NCBI GenBank assembly: GCA_951406725.2
Contig: OX597835.1
Location: 34,968,001-35,032,000 of the forward strand
Source: Octopus vulgaris
Taxonomy: Eukaryota
Direction of reading: 5' to 3'
Length of the DNA: 64,000 bases
Shown: in pieces, positions 39,226 through 53,127 of the stretch
How the letters are laid out: every line of letters begins with the position of its first letter
Position numbering within the stretch: position 1 is the first letter of the stretch
Program-made: the position numbers and the translations under genes
Notes under the pieces: model-generated
What the model was told of the DNA's origin: nothing
The model's input: the letters and a program-made list of their open reading frames with translations, nothing else
The model's database searches: none

Positions 39226-39830
39226 AACATGTGACTTCATTGACCAAGGTTACCGTGGTCTTTTCCGTAGGTTTTTCTTTCCACGGGTAAACCTCAGCTG
39301 TCCTCCCCTTTACACTTCATATTGACATTTCTGTGATTACGATCCCTATTGATCAACTTTTTTTTCCTCTCTCCTTTTCTCCCCCCTTTTTTTAAATCCT
39401 CCCCTTTTTTTGTCCTCTTTCTTTCCTTTTACGATACCTTTTGATCGAAAACCAACCCCCTTTTATTTTTACCCCCAAAAGAAAAGCTCTACCTTGTAAT
39501 TTGTTCTGTCTGTGTGCAGCCCTGTGTGGCTAATAAAGAAACATATCTATCTATCTACTTACTCGCAAATAAATGTGTGACATTATTGACCGAGGTTACC
39601 ATGGTCTTTTCCGTAGGCTTTTCTTTCTACAGATAAAACTTATCTGTTTCCCCCTTTACACTTTATATCATGACACTTCTGATCCCTATTGATCGTTTTT
39701 TTTCTTTTTTACGATCCCTTTTGATCGAAAACCTACCCTCTTTTTATTTTTATTTTTTCTCCCCCAAAAGAAAAGCTCTACTTTGTAATTTGTCCACTCT
39801 GTGGGCAGCCCTGTGTGGCTAATAAAGAAA
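39225..39830 (+). mobile_element. Two tandem L1/Tx1-clade 3' UTR fragments (39225-39543, 39558-39830)
   Basis: Both carry attgacc.aggttacc.tggtcttttccgtagg, gatccctattgatc and end cagccctgtgtggctaataaagaaac followed by (ATCT)n. Confidence 0.9.
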
Positions 39831-39929
<99 letters not shown>

Positions 39930-39933
39930 GCTG

Positions 39934-40007
<74 letters not shown>

Positions 40008-40210
40008 CATCTACGGACGTGCTGTCACTTCGGCTCCGAAGGTAATCGTTTATTTTGACTATTTATAACCCATATTTTGTGTACATTTTTGTAAATAAGG
40101 TGTGTAAGGCACCCAACTTTCGTTTGAGTGCTTTTCCAAGGGAGGAATTCGCCCCTAGGGGCAGTTTCAACCCCATTTCATTTCTGTAATTTTCTTCTCG
40201 ACATTAGAAA

Positions 40211-42208
40211 ATGTCGAGAAATTTTATTGTAGAACGCTGGTCGCGTTCTTTTATGGACCAGCATTTTCCTAGTCTGGAAACGCTAGGAGAAAAAAAGAAC
40301 GTACGCACGCAAAGTGCAAACATGAATATCGGTGGAATGAACGCTGCAACCACGTGCGGTAACAGCCCTGTCACTACGACCACCACCACCACTAACAACA
40401 GCAACCACGAGACTACTACTGCTACCGCCACCACTTCCACCACCACCACCACTAACAACAGCAACCACGAGACTACTACTGCTACCGCCACCACTTCCAC
40501 CACCACTAACAACAGCAACCACGAGACTACTACTGCTACCACCACCACCTCCACCACCACCACCTCCACCACCACCACCACTACCACGACCAACATAAAT
40601 GATAAAAATAAAAGTCACACGAAAACTATTGACAAAAACAACAGCAACAACAAGAACAACAATAAAAATAGTGAAGATGTTAATACAAAAATATCAACAA
40701 CACCAGTAAATTTCGCTGACACTCTGCGTCAGGAGAAAGAGATTGTAACATTTACAAATGAAGAGCTCATAGAAACGAGAGCTCTCTTTACAACCCGTGG
40801 GCAAGATTCAGTGCTACATACACCTCAACACATAAATCAAGAAATAGAAAATAAGACAATTATATATAAAATTATAAGAAAAAACAAAAAACTAAATGAA
40901 CAGATTACAAAAACGGATGTAGAAAAATGCTTAAAAAACATAATGAAAGAAAAAGAATATATAAACTGGGGTCCCCAGTTTAACACAGTAGTGGTCCGCT
41001 TCCCTAACCAGGAAGTGGCAAAAGCTCACTCTACTGAGTCTCTGGGAAATGATGAAATCATCATGGTCCCATACTATAAAAACCAGAGAGTGAGTCGAAT
41101 CACTATTAAAAATGTACCTCCCGAGATTCCTACCAAATGGATAACAGGGGCAATCTGTTGCCATTTAAAAAATATCAACATTTTGGAAACCGCCGTGTAC
41201 CCTGGCGACATTTGGGGTGGGAAGACAATAGTGGTGACCATACAGATTGAGGGGGCCTCTATCGAGAGCCTACCGGATAAGATCCACTTGGAAAATGGGC
41301 AATGCCTATATGTTGTAGCAGAAGGCAAAAAGCCTAGATGCTACAACTGTGGCAGCCCCAAACATTTAATTGCCAAGTGCGCTCTGTTACAGAAAAAAAC
41401 AAGAAAGAACAAATCAGAAAACATAAAAAACCCTTGTTGCCAACACCAACACCAACACTCAATTATGGAACAATGCCAAGAAAAGCAACAAACCAGCAAA
41501 CAAACCCCAACAACATCACCAAGAAAAGAAACAGTACCAACACAATCACCGTTCACGTCACAACCAATTCAACATGTCGAATCAACAAAAAATAGACCAA
41601 CACCCACACCGAGGACGACAATTAAAAAGACAGAAAACAGTGACGAGAAGACAAATTCTACCCCTAACACCACAACAACACAAACACCGCACAAAACATC
41701 AACAATTTCTACAAGCATACATAGTAATGCAAATACTTTGCCTCTACCCCATACTGATACGTCGGACGACGAAAGTTCGACGGAATGGCAAATAGCCACA
41801 GGGGCTAAAAGGAAAAGATCCAGAAAATCCACCAAACAAGGAAGTAAAGCTGGGAGATATCTAACTCCGGACAACATCCCCCTAGACAATCAAAAAAGCA
41901 ATGAACCCGTAAAACCACACACACAACTAACTGCAATAGACACAGACAATAAAGAATTAATGGACTACATCACATCCAGCACGGACATATGTGAAGAAGA
42001 CTTTAAGACAAACAATCATCCGCACACCACACCACCGAAACACATCAGAATTTTACACATAACACAAGCACAACACCACATACTGAAAACAATATTTCCG
42101 AATGCGGCAGGCGGGTTTCAACGATACCTGTCGAAAAATCTATACAAACACCTCATCAAAAACAATACAAAAGAAGAAAAAAATGAAACTTTTAAAATGA
42201 GTAAGTGA
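40211..42208 (+). CDS. ORF1 nucleic-acid-binding protein
   Basis: 665-aa open ORF; RRM-like RITIKNVPPEI, zinc knuckle CYNCGSPKHLIAKC, Thr-rich N-terminal repeats, basic KRKRSRK. Confidence 0.85.
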   Translation: MSRNFIVERWSRSFMDQHFPSLETLGEKKNVRTQSANMNIGGMNAATTCGNSPVTTTTTTTNNSNHETTTATATTSTTTTTNNSNHETTTATATTSTTTNNSNHETTTATTTTSTTTTSTTTTTTTTNINDKNKSHTKTIDKNNSNNKNNNKNSEDVNTKISTTPVNFADTLRQEKEIVTFTNEELIETRALFTTRGQDSVLHTPQHINQEIENKTIIYKIIRKNKKLNEQITKTDVEKCLKNIMKEKEYINWGPQFNTVVVRFPNQEVAKAHSTESLGNDEIIMVPYYKNQRVSRITIKNVPPEIPTKWITGAICCHLKNINILETAVYPGDIWGGKTIVVTIQIEGASIESLPDKIHLENGQCLYVVAEGKKPRCYNCGSPKHLIAKCALLQKKTRKNKSENIKNPCCQHQHQHSIMEQCQEKQQTSKQTPTTSPRKETVPTQSPFTSQPIQHVESTKNRPTPTPRTTIKKTENSDEKTNSTPNTTTTQTPHKTSTISTSIHSNANTLPLPHTDTSDDESSTEWQIATGAKRKRSRKSTKQGSKAGRYLTPDNIPLDNQKSNEPVKPHTQLTAIDTDNKELMDYITSSTDICEEDFKTNNHPHTTPPKHIRILHITQAQHHILKTIFPNAAGGFQRYLSKNLYKHLIKNNTKEEKNETFKMSK

Positions 42209-42265
42209 CCTCCCCTCTTGCCTCTTGTCTCTTCTAATGTAGTGTGTAAAGCACAATTTTCGTAA

Positions 42266-45200
42266 ATGTCAAGTATGCTTAAATTAGGTTGTGTGAATGC
42301 GCGTGGCTTGGCGTCGGCTTGGAAGCAAGGTTACCTTCTAAACGACATCAAGTCACTGAACGTGGATATAGTAGCTATCAGTGAAACCAGACTCAGTAAG
42401 CCGCGGGCCCTCGAGTCCATGTTTGGCAATCAATTTGACATTTATTTTTCTCCATGTCTGCCGAACATGGGTGGTGGAGGTACCGCGGTGCTTTTTCGAA
42501 AGAGTCTACATGTAAAAGTAAGAGCAATATTCCTAGACTCGGAGGGTAGGCTGGTTGTCTTGGACGTGGATGGCAGAAATGGGTGTGCATTCCGTCTGAT
42601 GGCAGTTTATGCACCGTCCTTAACGGGTCGGGCGGATTTCTTCAGACGTCTAGAGGTTTTCCTGGGTACGTCTAGACCTTTACTGTTAGTAGGGGATTGG
42701 AACGCTACCTTGGACACGTATCTAGATTATGTGGGAAGGGATAGGAATAGAAGGGGGTGTAAGAGCCTCAAAGACCTGCTCAGACGTTTCTATTTGTCTG
42801 ACAGGTTCCGACTCGACCATCCGAACGTGCCAACGTGGACTTGGACAAACCGCGTCGGATCGTCGAGATCTTATCTAGATAGAATTCTATGCAGGACAGC
42901 GGATAGGGATAGTGTAGGATGTCCACAATTTAAAATAGTCAGCTACACAGATCACAAATTTGTTACGTGTACGCTCGACTTAGATAAAACACATAGGCAG
43001 GGTCCCGGTTACTGGAAACTGAACACGTCGCTGTTAGCGCGACAGGTTTACAGGAACCGGATTAGCGAGTTAATTAAGAGAGCGCTGACGGGAGCGGTCG
43101 TTAACAACCGCTGGTGGTACGCCCTGAAAATGGCAATAAAATCGGAATCAATTAGGTTTAGCAAGGAATTAGCGATAGAACGAAATAGAGTAGAGGGAGA
43201 CTTGGTTAAGAAACTAGAAGAGGCACTTATCACTGGCAGCGCAACCAACGTGCTGGCTGCGAGGATGGTCCTCGACCAACACCTCAACGCCAAGCACGAA
43301 GATTGCGTCGTCAGAGCTAAAATGCGTGCCTTAAGGAAGGAAGGGATCGAAGCTGCGCGAGAGGCCCGGGTAGCGGAGGCGCAGCGTGGAAACAGAGCCA
43401 CCATTCGGTCTCTAATAGATCAACAGAGATGCAGTTTACTCGAACCCGAAAGGATGTGTAAGGCCTTTCAACAGTACTTTGCTCGACTGTTTGGTGCGAG
43501 TGGTGGGTCGGAACGCGGGATGGATTTCAGTGCCTACCTGACCGACCTGCCGCGGCTCTCGGCAAGAGAAGCGGAGTGTTGTGAAAGTCCCATCACAGCC
43601 GCTGACGTGTGGGATGCGATGGCGGGCTGCGCGAGGGATAAGTCGCCTGGATTGGATGGTTTACCCTACGAGCTGTATTGTCAAATGCCAGACTTGTTTG
43701 GCGACCTCTTGGCATCAGTCTACTGCAACTGGCAACAAAACGGGAGAATCCCCGGTTTCGTGAGCCGAGGTGCAGTGACGTTGCTGAAGAAAGACCCAAA
43801 CAAGGGGAATTTTATAGATAATTTCAGGCCCATCACTCTGCTCAACGCAGATTTGAAAATTTTGGCCAAAGTAATAGCCGAGAGGTTGGCGCTTGTCATT
43901 GGTAAACCGGTCTACAGGGCGCAAACATGCGCCGTGCCGGGCAGAACCATACATGACAACCTCCATCTGATGCGCTACATTGTGGACAGGGTAATTAAGG
44001 ATCCCGACATGGGTGGGGCGCTGATAAATTTGGATCAGTCTAAAGCCTTCGATAGGGTCGACCATCGGTACTTGGCGGCCGTCCTTAGGGCGGCTGGCTT
44101 CGGTCCCGTCTTCCGCGGATGGATCGCTGCCTTGTATAGCGGCATCCGATCGGTGATTCGGGTGAACGGTCACCTGTCGAAACCGTTTGACAGCACGCGT
44201 TCGGTCCGTCAGGGGTGTCCCCTGTCGGCGCTTCTGTATGTATTGACTCTCGAGCCGCTACTGCGGAAGCTGGCGACACTGAGGGGCATCCCACGGGAAC
44301 TGGGTTGCGGGACGAGCGTGTCGGCATATGCAGACGATGTCACCGTCATAGTGTCGAGCGACAAACACATCAAGATGATAGGCGAGACACTAAGAAAATA
44401 CGAAACGGTGACGGGAGCAAAGATTAACCCGGAAAAGTCAGTGGGTTTGCTACCCGGCACCTGGAGAAGCAAGCCCATGCCGTCCGACTGCGGCTCAGTA
44501 GTGGGACGCTGGCCGGACGGACCGGTTAAATTGCTCGGGGTCTGGTTCAGTCCGGACCTCCAAATGGATAAGAACTGGGACGAGATCACGAGTAGAGTGG
44601 TCGCTCTCAGCCAAACATGGGCCGAGAGAAAGCTGTCTCTAAAAGGCCAGGCGGAGGTGGCGAACGCGTACATCGCATCCGTCATCGATTACCGCCTGAC
44701 CGTCGTACCTTGTCCCGACGCCACCATCACCAAACTGGAACGCATACTCTTCCGCTTCCTGTGGAAGGGTGGCGTTCCGATGGTGAGGAAGTCCATTTGC
44801 TGTCAACATCCGTGGGCATGCCGTGGTTGATGATGCGCAGGCATGCGCTGAGACTGCGACATCTCTGGAACTTCATCGACGACGGTGAACAGGTGTGGGC
44901 GCCGTTTGTGAGGCGCGACTTCCCGCAGCTCGTCTCACTGACCGAACTGCAAACGTGGATCAAAAAGAGACCGAAACTGGGCGATTGGCACCGAGAGTGT
45001 GGCCAAGCTCTACAGCAGCTCTGCCGACCGGGGTCAAACTTGTGCAACTTACAGACGACTAAAGCGTTCTATAGAGGACTAGTGGAGGGGAGGTCCGACG
45101 ACACACTCGGGGCAAACCTGGGCGTCGACGAAGAATTCCTAACCCGCCTGTTCAGGACGACGTTCGGGCCGGGGCCTATGGATAACTTCCAGAAATCCCT

Positions 45201-45701
45201 GGCTTGGCAGTGCTATCGAGACGCACTACCTGTTCGAGAGAAGAGCTATAGACACGGTTCGAAAACCATCACCGGACCGACCTGCCCGAGATGCGGTCAG
45301 AGCGACGAAACCGTTCTGCACGCACTCGTGCAGTGTCCAGATATTTCAGAGCTGTGGTCCTTCGTCGAACAGCTGTTGTCACGTGTAGGTCGGGCTCGCC
45401 TTTCGGCCGAGTCTGTCGTGGATATTGTTCCACCACCTTCCTTTAAACGAGAAGGGAAAACGGTTTTCGTTACGCTGATGGCTATGGCGAAAGAATGTGT
45501 GTGGTGGACGCGTTTGAAAGGACTGCAAACAAACACCTTCCGCTCTGGTCGGTCTCTCGTCAACTTTTTCAAGTACCACTTGAAAAGGAGGATGAGAATA
45601 GAGAGGAAGGCTTTGTCGAACGAATGTTTTAATAAAAAGTGGGTAAAAGTGGCAAAATGGTCAGTATGAAAGACGACACTATTTTAAGCATAAATCTGTA
45701 A
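42266..45701 (+). pseudogene. ORF2 APE endonuclease-reverse transcriptase, frameshifted near 44815 and 45655
   Basis: NARGL, SETRL, GDWNA, YLDRIL, YTDH; GPGYWKLN; KSPGLDG, FRPITLLN, DQSKAFDRV, QGCPLS, YADD; CPRC..ETVLHALVQC. Confidence 0.95.
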
Positions 45702-45817
45702 CCAAAAGAGACAACGAGAAGTAAGGCGACTAACTCATGTGTTCTTTTTCGAATTGTCTGAGGTGACCTTGGTCTTTTTTGTAGGTTTTTCTTTCCAAGG
45801 CTACATCTAAACTGTGA

Positions 45818-45879
<62 letters not shown>

Positions 45880-46091
45880 TTTTTATATACCACACAACCC
45901 ACAGATCCCTATTGATCAAACGTATTTTTTTTTGTGCCCCACCCATCCCACCTCGAAAAGAAAAAATTCTACATTGTATTTCGCCCATTTTTATTCTGTG
46001 TTTAGCCCTGTGTGGCTACAATAAAAAGTTATCTATCTATCTATCTGTCTGTCTATCTATCTACCTCTCTGTCTATCTATCTACCTCTCTG

Positions 46092-46170
<79 letters not shown>

Positions 46171-46194
46171 GTCTGTCTATCTATCTGTCTATCT

Positions 46195-46520
46195 GTCTTT
46201 TTTCTTTACTAGTTTCTGCTCAAGAGTTGCGGCCATGCTGGAAGTACCATCGTTAACGTTGTTACACTTTCATTACTTGAAAAACCTTCTCTGATGTGTG
46301 GCATTTGGTGAATGGGGGAGTTTGGTGTTGCTACCTTCATCTACGTTTCTTGCTGCGTTGTATGTTCATCCGGAACTCTTGACAGGAGAGGATCCCGTCT
46401 TGTTCTAAAAACGCCTTCATTTACTCCACGTAAGTCTTTCAGGCTTTTTGCGAGGACGAATGGATAGTTCAAAACTTCCCTATATGCGTTCCAATAGCGT
46501 AGTTTATTCCTAAATACGAG
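46195..46520 (-). mobile_element. CR1/L2-group LINE 3' fragment
   Basis: KSLKDLRGVNEGVFRT..LLSRVPDE..NSPIHQ remnant; tail ccagcatggccgcaactcttgagcagaaactagtaaag. Confidence 0.75.
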
Positions 46521-46821
46521 GTCAATTTAGCAACATATTAGATAACATTACGTACATTCCTATCATTACGTAACCACTCCTTTTAATCAGGTGATGTTCT
46601 ACTAAATATTTTGGTGAAATACGAACGTTCAGTGACGAAAGAGACACTTGTAATCAAATAGAATAATTAAGGGAAGACTGTGGAGAAGGGAACTGGTAAA
46701 TACTAATATCCTTTATTAAGGATATTCCTTAATACTTGCTCTCCGAAGATCGTATAGTTGGCTTGTACGGAAATCTTTGTTCAATGACCTATGCACAATA
46801 GGTACAACTGTTTTGAAACAG

Positions 46822-46941
<120 letters not shown>

Positions 46942-47506
46942 CACACATATACATTCATATATGTCAACCCTTTATTATTTTCTTTGTCCGAGCCCTAATT
47001 TCTCCGCAAACCTTGCGGGTGCCCCCGAAATACAAAGTTCCTAGTCTTAAAGGCATGAAACTAGGTATTTGTATTTTTCGGTCGATAACTGATGAAGTAT
47101 TAGGGTTCTGGTGTCTGTCCTACGTCTACGTTTTGTAGTATTTAATGTATTTTTCAATTATGGAACAACCGATCGCCACGCATCCGGACTTATACACACA
47201 CACACACACACACACACATATCATGTATGCACTCGCTACTTTTTATATGTACACTGACAGATACCTACTTCAAATTTGTATATTATCTGAGATCAGGTGT
47301 TAAATCGGAAAGAATTGCACCATAGGGGAAATCATTTTAGCTTTAGAAGAATGCAAAGGAAAAGAAATATATCCGCTTTTCAGTGATTTGTTTAAAGTGC
47401 GGTCTCTTATGAACGTTGAAGAAGATCGGGCTGACCCTGACGCAGTTTCTGTGTAGCGTTGTTAAATGTTTCAAAATAATTTTCCTTCGAGATAATTGTG
47501 TTTTTT

Positions 47507-47586
<80 letters not shown>

Positions 47587-47707
47587 ATCTGAATGTGTGC
47601 ACCTATCAATCTCTTTCTACATCCCTACACGCACACACACACGCACACACATGCAGGCACGCAGAAACACACACACACACAAACACACACGTCCATACAC
47701 ATACACG

Positions 47708-47770
<63 letters not shown>

Positions 47771-48323
47771 AGAATAGTTAGGAAGAGAATTTCGATATGC
47801 AATATATATATATATATATATATACTCTTCTACTCTTTTACTTTTATAATATCATTATTATATATATATAATAATGATATTAGTGAATATTATTCCAAAC
47901 TTACAGGGAAAAATTCAATTTAGAAATGCTAAATCAAATTTCACAATATATATATATATATATAAATTAGAAAAAAACACCTTTTATCAATTCGACAATG
48001 AAAAAATTACATTATACCACATAGACACATCCTATAGAAAAAATTAAATATAAGATAAAAACATATACCAATGTTCAAGCAATGTGCAAAATAATAAATA
48101 AAACGTATATATGGTTAAATGACTACACATTATATACGTTTTATTTTATTTATTTATTTATTTACCAAATATATACGTTTTATTTTATTTATTATTTTAC
48201 ACATTACTTAATTATTGGTATATGTTTTTATCTTATATTTAATTTTTTCTATAGGATGTTATTTTTTTTCTATATGATATGATTTAATTTTTTCATTGTT
48301 GAATTGAAAAAAGGTGTTTTTTC

Positions 48324-48715
48324 AGGAGTGGCTGTGTGGTAAGTAGCTTGTTTACCAACCACATGGTTCCGGGTTCAGTCTCACTGCATGTCACCTTGGG
48401 CAAGTGTCTTCTACTATAGCCTCGGGCCGATCAAAGCCTTGTGAGTGGATTTGGTAGACGGAAACTGAAAGAAGCCCATCGTATATATGTATATATATAT
48501 ACGTGTGTGTGTTTGTGTGTCTGTGTTTGTCCCCCTAGCATTGCTTGACAACCGATGCTGGTGTGTTTATGTCCCCCTTACTTAGCGGTTCGGCAAAAGA
48601 GACCGAAAGAATAAGTACTGGGCTTACAAAAGAATAAGTCCCGGGATTGAGTTGCTCGATTAAAGGCGGTGCTCCAGCATGGCCGCAATCAAATGACTGA
48701 AACAAGTAAAAGAGT
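48324..48715 (+). mobile_element. SINE family B
   Basis: Head through tail. Confidence 0.92.
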
Positions 48716-49246
48716 GAAACGATATATATATATATATATTTCTGAACGGGCAGCAAGGCCATTTGGAGATGTAAAATAAAAGTAAAAATCTCCCAATCAA
48801 ACAACGACTGAATTGTGGGTAATCCTTTATCAAAATGTTCGAGTAAGTGTTCCTCGCATATAAAATCTGCATTTGAAATATTCTCGCCAGTCACGTCACT
48901 TTTTCTTGTCCCTGGATATTTAGGCAGAAGCACACAGTGAGAAGTACACGTGTTGTACAAGCGCCCGTCACTATAATCCAGTGATGGACAGATGTCTCAT
49001 CATTTCGTTCTGTGTGTGTGTGTTTCTCAAAGTGCATCGTGGTCGTATTAGCGAGAAGAGAGATTGTCGGAACAACGAATGGTGAGACGGCTTTCATCTG
49101 ACAAGCAGAAGCGATCATCGTATGTCTGTCTGTCTGACTGTCTGTATGTATGCGTGTGTGTATGTATGTATGTATGTATGTATGTATGTGTGTGCATGTA
49201 TATATGCATGTATGTATGCATTCAAGCACATCTCTCTCTCCCCCCC

Positions 49247-49282
<36 letters not shown>

Positions 49283-49567
49283 GCACTTACATATAGATAT
49301 ATACGTATATGAATATTTGTACATGTATAATTATACATATGCAAGTATATTTGTAGATACATTTATATGCCTATGTATACCTGTAACAACAAACATATGC
49401 ATTTATATAGAAATATATAAATGTATATATATATATAAATGTATATATATGTATGTGTATATATCTGTATATATTTATATATATTACATATGTATATATA
49501 TGTATACATAAACATATACTTACAATATATATATATATATATATATAATTATATATATATCTATCTC

Positions 49568-49751
49568 TCTTTATTCTTTGACTTGTTTCATTCATTTGAC
49601 TGTGGCCATGCTGGAACACCGCCTCTAGTCGAGCAAATCGACCCCAGGACTTATTCTTTATAAGCCTAGTACTTATTCCACCATTCTCTTTTACTGAACC
49701 ACCATCGCTTGTCACACAAACGTAAAAACACACACACAGAGACACACACAC

Positions 49752-49842
<91 letters not shown>

Positions 49843-49927
49843 CGACGGGTTTTTTTCAGTTTCCGTCTACCAAATCCACTCACAAGGCTTTGGTCGGCCC
49901 GAGGCTATAGTAGAAGACACTTGCCCA
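49568..49927 (-). mobile_element. SINE family B, partial
   Basis: Tail and CORE-like segment. Confidence 0.85.
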
Positions 49928-50362
49928 ATGTGTATATATATATTCACACACACATATATATACATACACACACACATATAAATTAATATTGACAGCTGTG
50001 TGCAATGCTTTACCAAAAAAGAAAACTATAATTGTCACTAAATATGACCAGGGTGTTAACAATGTAGGTATAGGGCCACTGGTTGATTTCAGTTCTATCT
50101 GATGGTGGTTTCGATCTCACTGCCCAGCTACTGGGGCAAGAATGTGCCACTATAGTTTTAGGATGACGTATATTTTGCGAAAAACATTACACAGACAGAA
50201 TGTGTGCAGAAGCACTTCGAGTATGCATGTAAATAAGAAGACAAAGATTGGGTAACTGGTATTATATTTATTCCATGGTTTGCAGTTGTTTCATCATGTT
50301 GAGAAATCAGATTCCATGTATGTAGGCAAGGGTGAAAACAATGGTATTATCATGTCTGTCAA

Positions 50363-50589
50363 TTAACCCATTAGCACCCATAGCCCTTTTGTTTGGACTA
50401 GCAGGAAAATCTATCATATTTCTGCAGCACCTGTAGTTTTCTGAGGTATCTTTAGTTAGTCATCAAAACTGGAGTGTCTTTCAAATATTGTAATAATTTT
50501 TTTTATATGTAGTATCAAATAAAGTTGTATAAAGAAAGATTTTTGGTAATAAATCAAATAAAAAAAAACTTTGGGCACTAATGGGTTAA
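50363..50589. mobile_element. piggyBac-type MITE
   Basis: TTAA-cccattagcaccca ... tgggcactaatggg-TTAA. Confidence 0.8.
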
Positions 50590-50679
50590 TAACCTTCGCA
50601 ATAATTTAATCCTAACAGAACGAATGCATACATACTCATATATAAATATATGGATATATAATATATATTTTTGTAATCT

Positions 50680-51085
50680 TTTATTCTTTTACTTGTTTCA
50701 GCTTTAGAGCTCTTCAAAGCTGAGGACCGCTGTTAGTTTTGTACTGTTTAAATACTTGAAAACTTCCTCTGATATGTGGTGCTTGGTGAATGGGTGAGTC
50801 TGATGTTACTGACTTCATTTGCGCTTCTTGCTGCGAGGTAGGTTCATCCAGAACTCTTCACTGAAGGAGATCCAGTTTTGTTTCGAAGATATTCGCATCC
50901 ACACTACGCAGGTTCCTTAGGCTTTACAGGAAGATATTGAAGAGCAACGGGCCTCTTGAAGCCCAAAGTGTGGAAGTATCTGATCCTGTATCTTGATGGC
51001 AGTGTTGTGATCGTTTGGTACTATTCATTAGCTCCCCATTCTGCTGTTAATCTGGCTTTCAATGCCAACGTTTAGTAAAGTCCTT
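50680..51085 (-). mobile_element. CR1/L2-group LINE 3' fragment (same family as 46195)
   Basis: GPLLFNI, SLRNLRSVDANIFETKLD, DEPT, SPIHQ remnants. Confidence 0.8.
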
Positions 51086-51089
51086 ACAG

Positions 51090-51253
51090 GATTTCCCTTC
51101 TCTGGATCTTTCCTTCTCCTATGTTTCCGACGAAGAGCTCCGCTCGAAACGTTAAACCCTCCTTCTTTCCTCCTTTCCTGAGCGTCCAATAATACTATAT
51201 TTGTTCCACGTCCTCGCGTTGTTGTTTTTTTGTGCTTTCTTGTTTGGATTAAC

Positions 51254-51255
<2 letters not shown>
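51090..51255 (+). mobile_element. Small repeat with hammerhead-like motif (CCGACGA core)
   Basis: gttt-CCGACGA-a-gagc-tcc-gctc-GAAAC-GTT-aaac at 51123-51157; downstream ttcctgagcg shared with the 63.5 kb copy. Confidence 0.6.
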
Positions 51256-51341
<86 letters not shown>

Positions 51342-51366
51342 CATATGTATATATATATACATACAT

Positions 51367-51403
<37 letters not shown>

Positions 51404-51842
51404 ACCTACAACCAACAATCCATCCTGAGGGAACTGCGTGCAGTTAGGTGGACAGAAATAGGTTTTATAGATTCAAAGTGTCGAGTATGTTTGCTTCAGA
51501 CACAAAAGTAAGAGAATGGTTTGATACGAACCATCGAACCCTCGGATAATTTTCAGGTATATGTACTCTGACAAATTTTAATATACATGGATTAAATTTT
51601 GTTTTTCACAAAAACATATTTCTCGAAATTTTATCTTTTCTTGCAGAAAACTGCCGTCTAAATTGGCGTTTGAAAATAAGTTTGAAAATAAGTTGATTCC
51701 AAGCATGATGGTAAGAAATGGCAAATAGGAATATAGAAGAAAAAAGAAAGGAAAAAGAAAGAAATCACACGCGCATGTAACAAACAAAAAAAAAATTAGG
51801 AAAAACGAAGAAAGTATTTTGAGATGACAAGAAAAAAGTAAA

Positions 51843-51920
<78 letters not shown>

Positions 51921-52232
51921 GGAGAAGAAAAGAGAGTGAGAGATGGAGGGAGAGGAAGAAAGATAGAAGAAGAGAGATGAATTGAAAAACAGAATGGTGT
52001 CGATAAAAAACAAAACAGAATAAAAAAAAAAACGAATTATGGAAAACGAAAAGAAAAACCAAGAAAAAAAATTGTTATGAAATAGGAAGATAAACAGAGA
52101 TTGGTTGACTGAGAAGAATGAAAAAAAAATAAATATAAAGAAGAAGGTTGTTGAAAAATGACAAAAGGAGGGGAAAAAAATGATCGAAAATGATCGAAAA
52201 AGAGGGAGGAAGAGATACAGAGAATACACTGG

Positions 52233-52270
<38 letters not shown>

Positions 52271-52340
52271 TAAAAAAGCATATGCAAGAATATATATACA
52301 AAAATACATATCCAAATATACATATTATACAAAATACATG

Positions 52341-52384
<44 letters not shown>

Positions 52385-52512
52385 TGAAAATCAAGACAAG
52401 GCCGAATGAAACGAAAGAATGACAGAGAAAAGAGCAGCAAGAACGAAACAAAGAAAGAAAGAAGAACAGAAAGAAAGCAATTATTCTCTTTCTTTCTTCA
52501 AAATCTACAATC

Positions 52513-52574
52513 TCAAAGTGACAGTCGTTTCATATTTTTTTTGCGGTCTCTCTTCATATTTAAAATATCTGCTG
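52513..52574 (-). CDS. Candidate short terminal exon (ADILNMKRDRKKNMKRLSL*)
   Basis: Acceptor aattacag with NAGNAG, phase-1 open frame to TGA, U-rich downstream. Confidence 0.25.
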
Positions 52575-52632
52575 CTGTAATTTATATTGAATAATACTGT
52601 CTATATATAATTTTTTGGGCTTCAGTCATACA

Positions 52633-52672
<40 letters not shown>

Positions 52673-52983
52673 ACATCCCTTGTCTTACACCTCTTTCCTC
52701 TCTCTCTCTTTCTCTCTCTCTCTCTGTGTCCCTCTCTGTCTCCTGCTCACTCTCTATCCTTTTGTGTCTATCTCTGTCTAATTCGATGCCTCCATCTTTT
52801 TCTGTATTTTCCTTACACAATCTTATTCAAAAACTTTTTTCATATGAATACACGATTTTTTATGATATAAATATTTATATACGATTTTTTCCGTATAGCT
52901 GAATATATGTATCTCTGCATACACACACACACACACACACATAAATATATATAAATGTGTATGTATACATTTATACAAATATT

Positions 52984-53039
<56 letters not shown>

Positions 53040-53053
53040 TATATATATATATG

Positions 53054-53127
<74 letters not shown>

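Larger units (their letters stand above)
40014..46030 (+). mobile_element. Near full-length L1/Tx1-clade non-LTR retrotransposon
   Basis: 5' UTR, ORF1, ORF2 (APE-RT-CCHC) and 3' UTR; flanked by (ATCT)n on both sides. Confidence 0.93.

Noticed and set aside
46740-46780. CCGAAGA-hairpin-GAAA
   Set aside because: No stem I or valid stem III/UH site
47050-47100. GAAACTAGGTA...CTGATGA arrangement
   Set aside because: Stems I and II cannot be formed
49990-50350. Possible piggyBac transposase remnant
   Set aside because: Too degraded for any catalytic motif to be read
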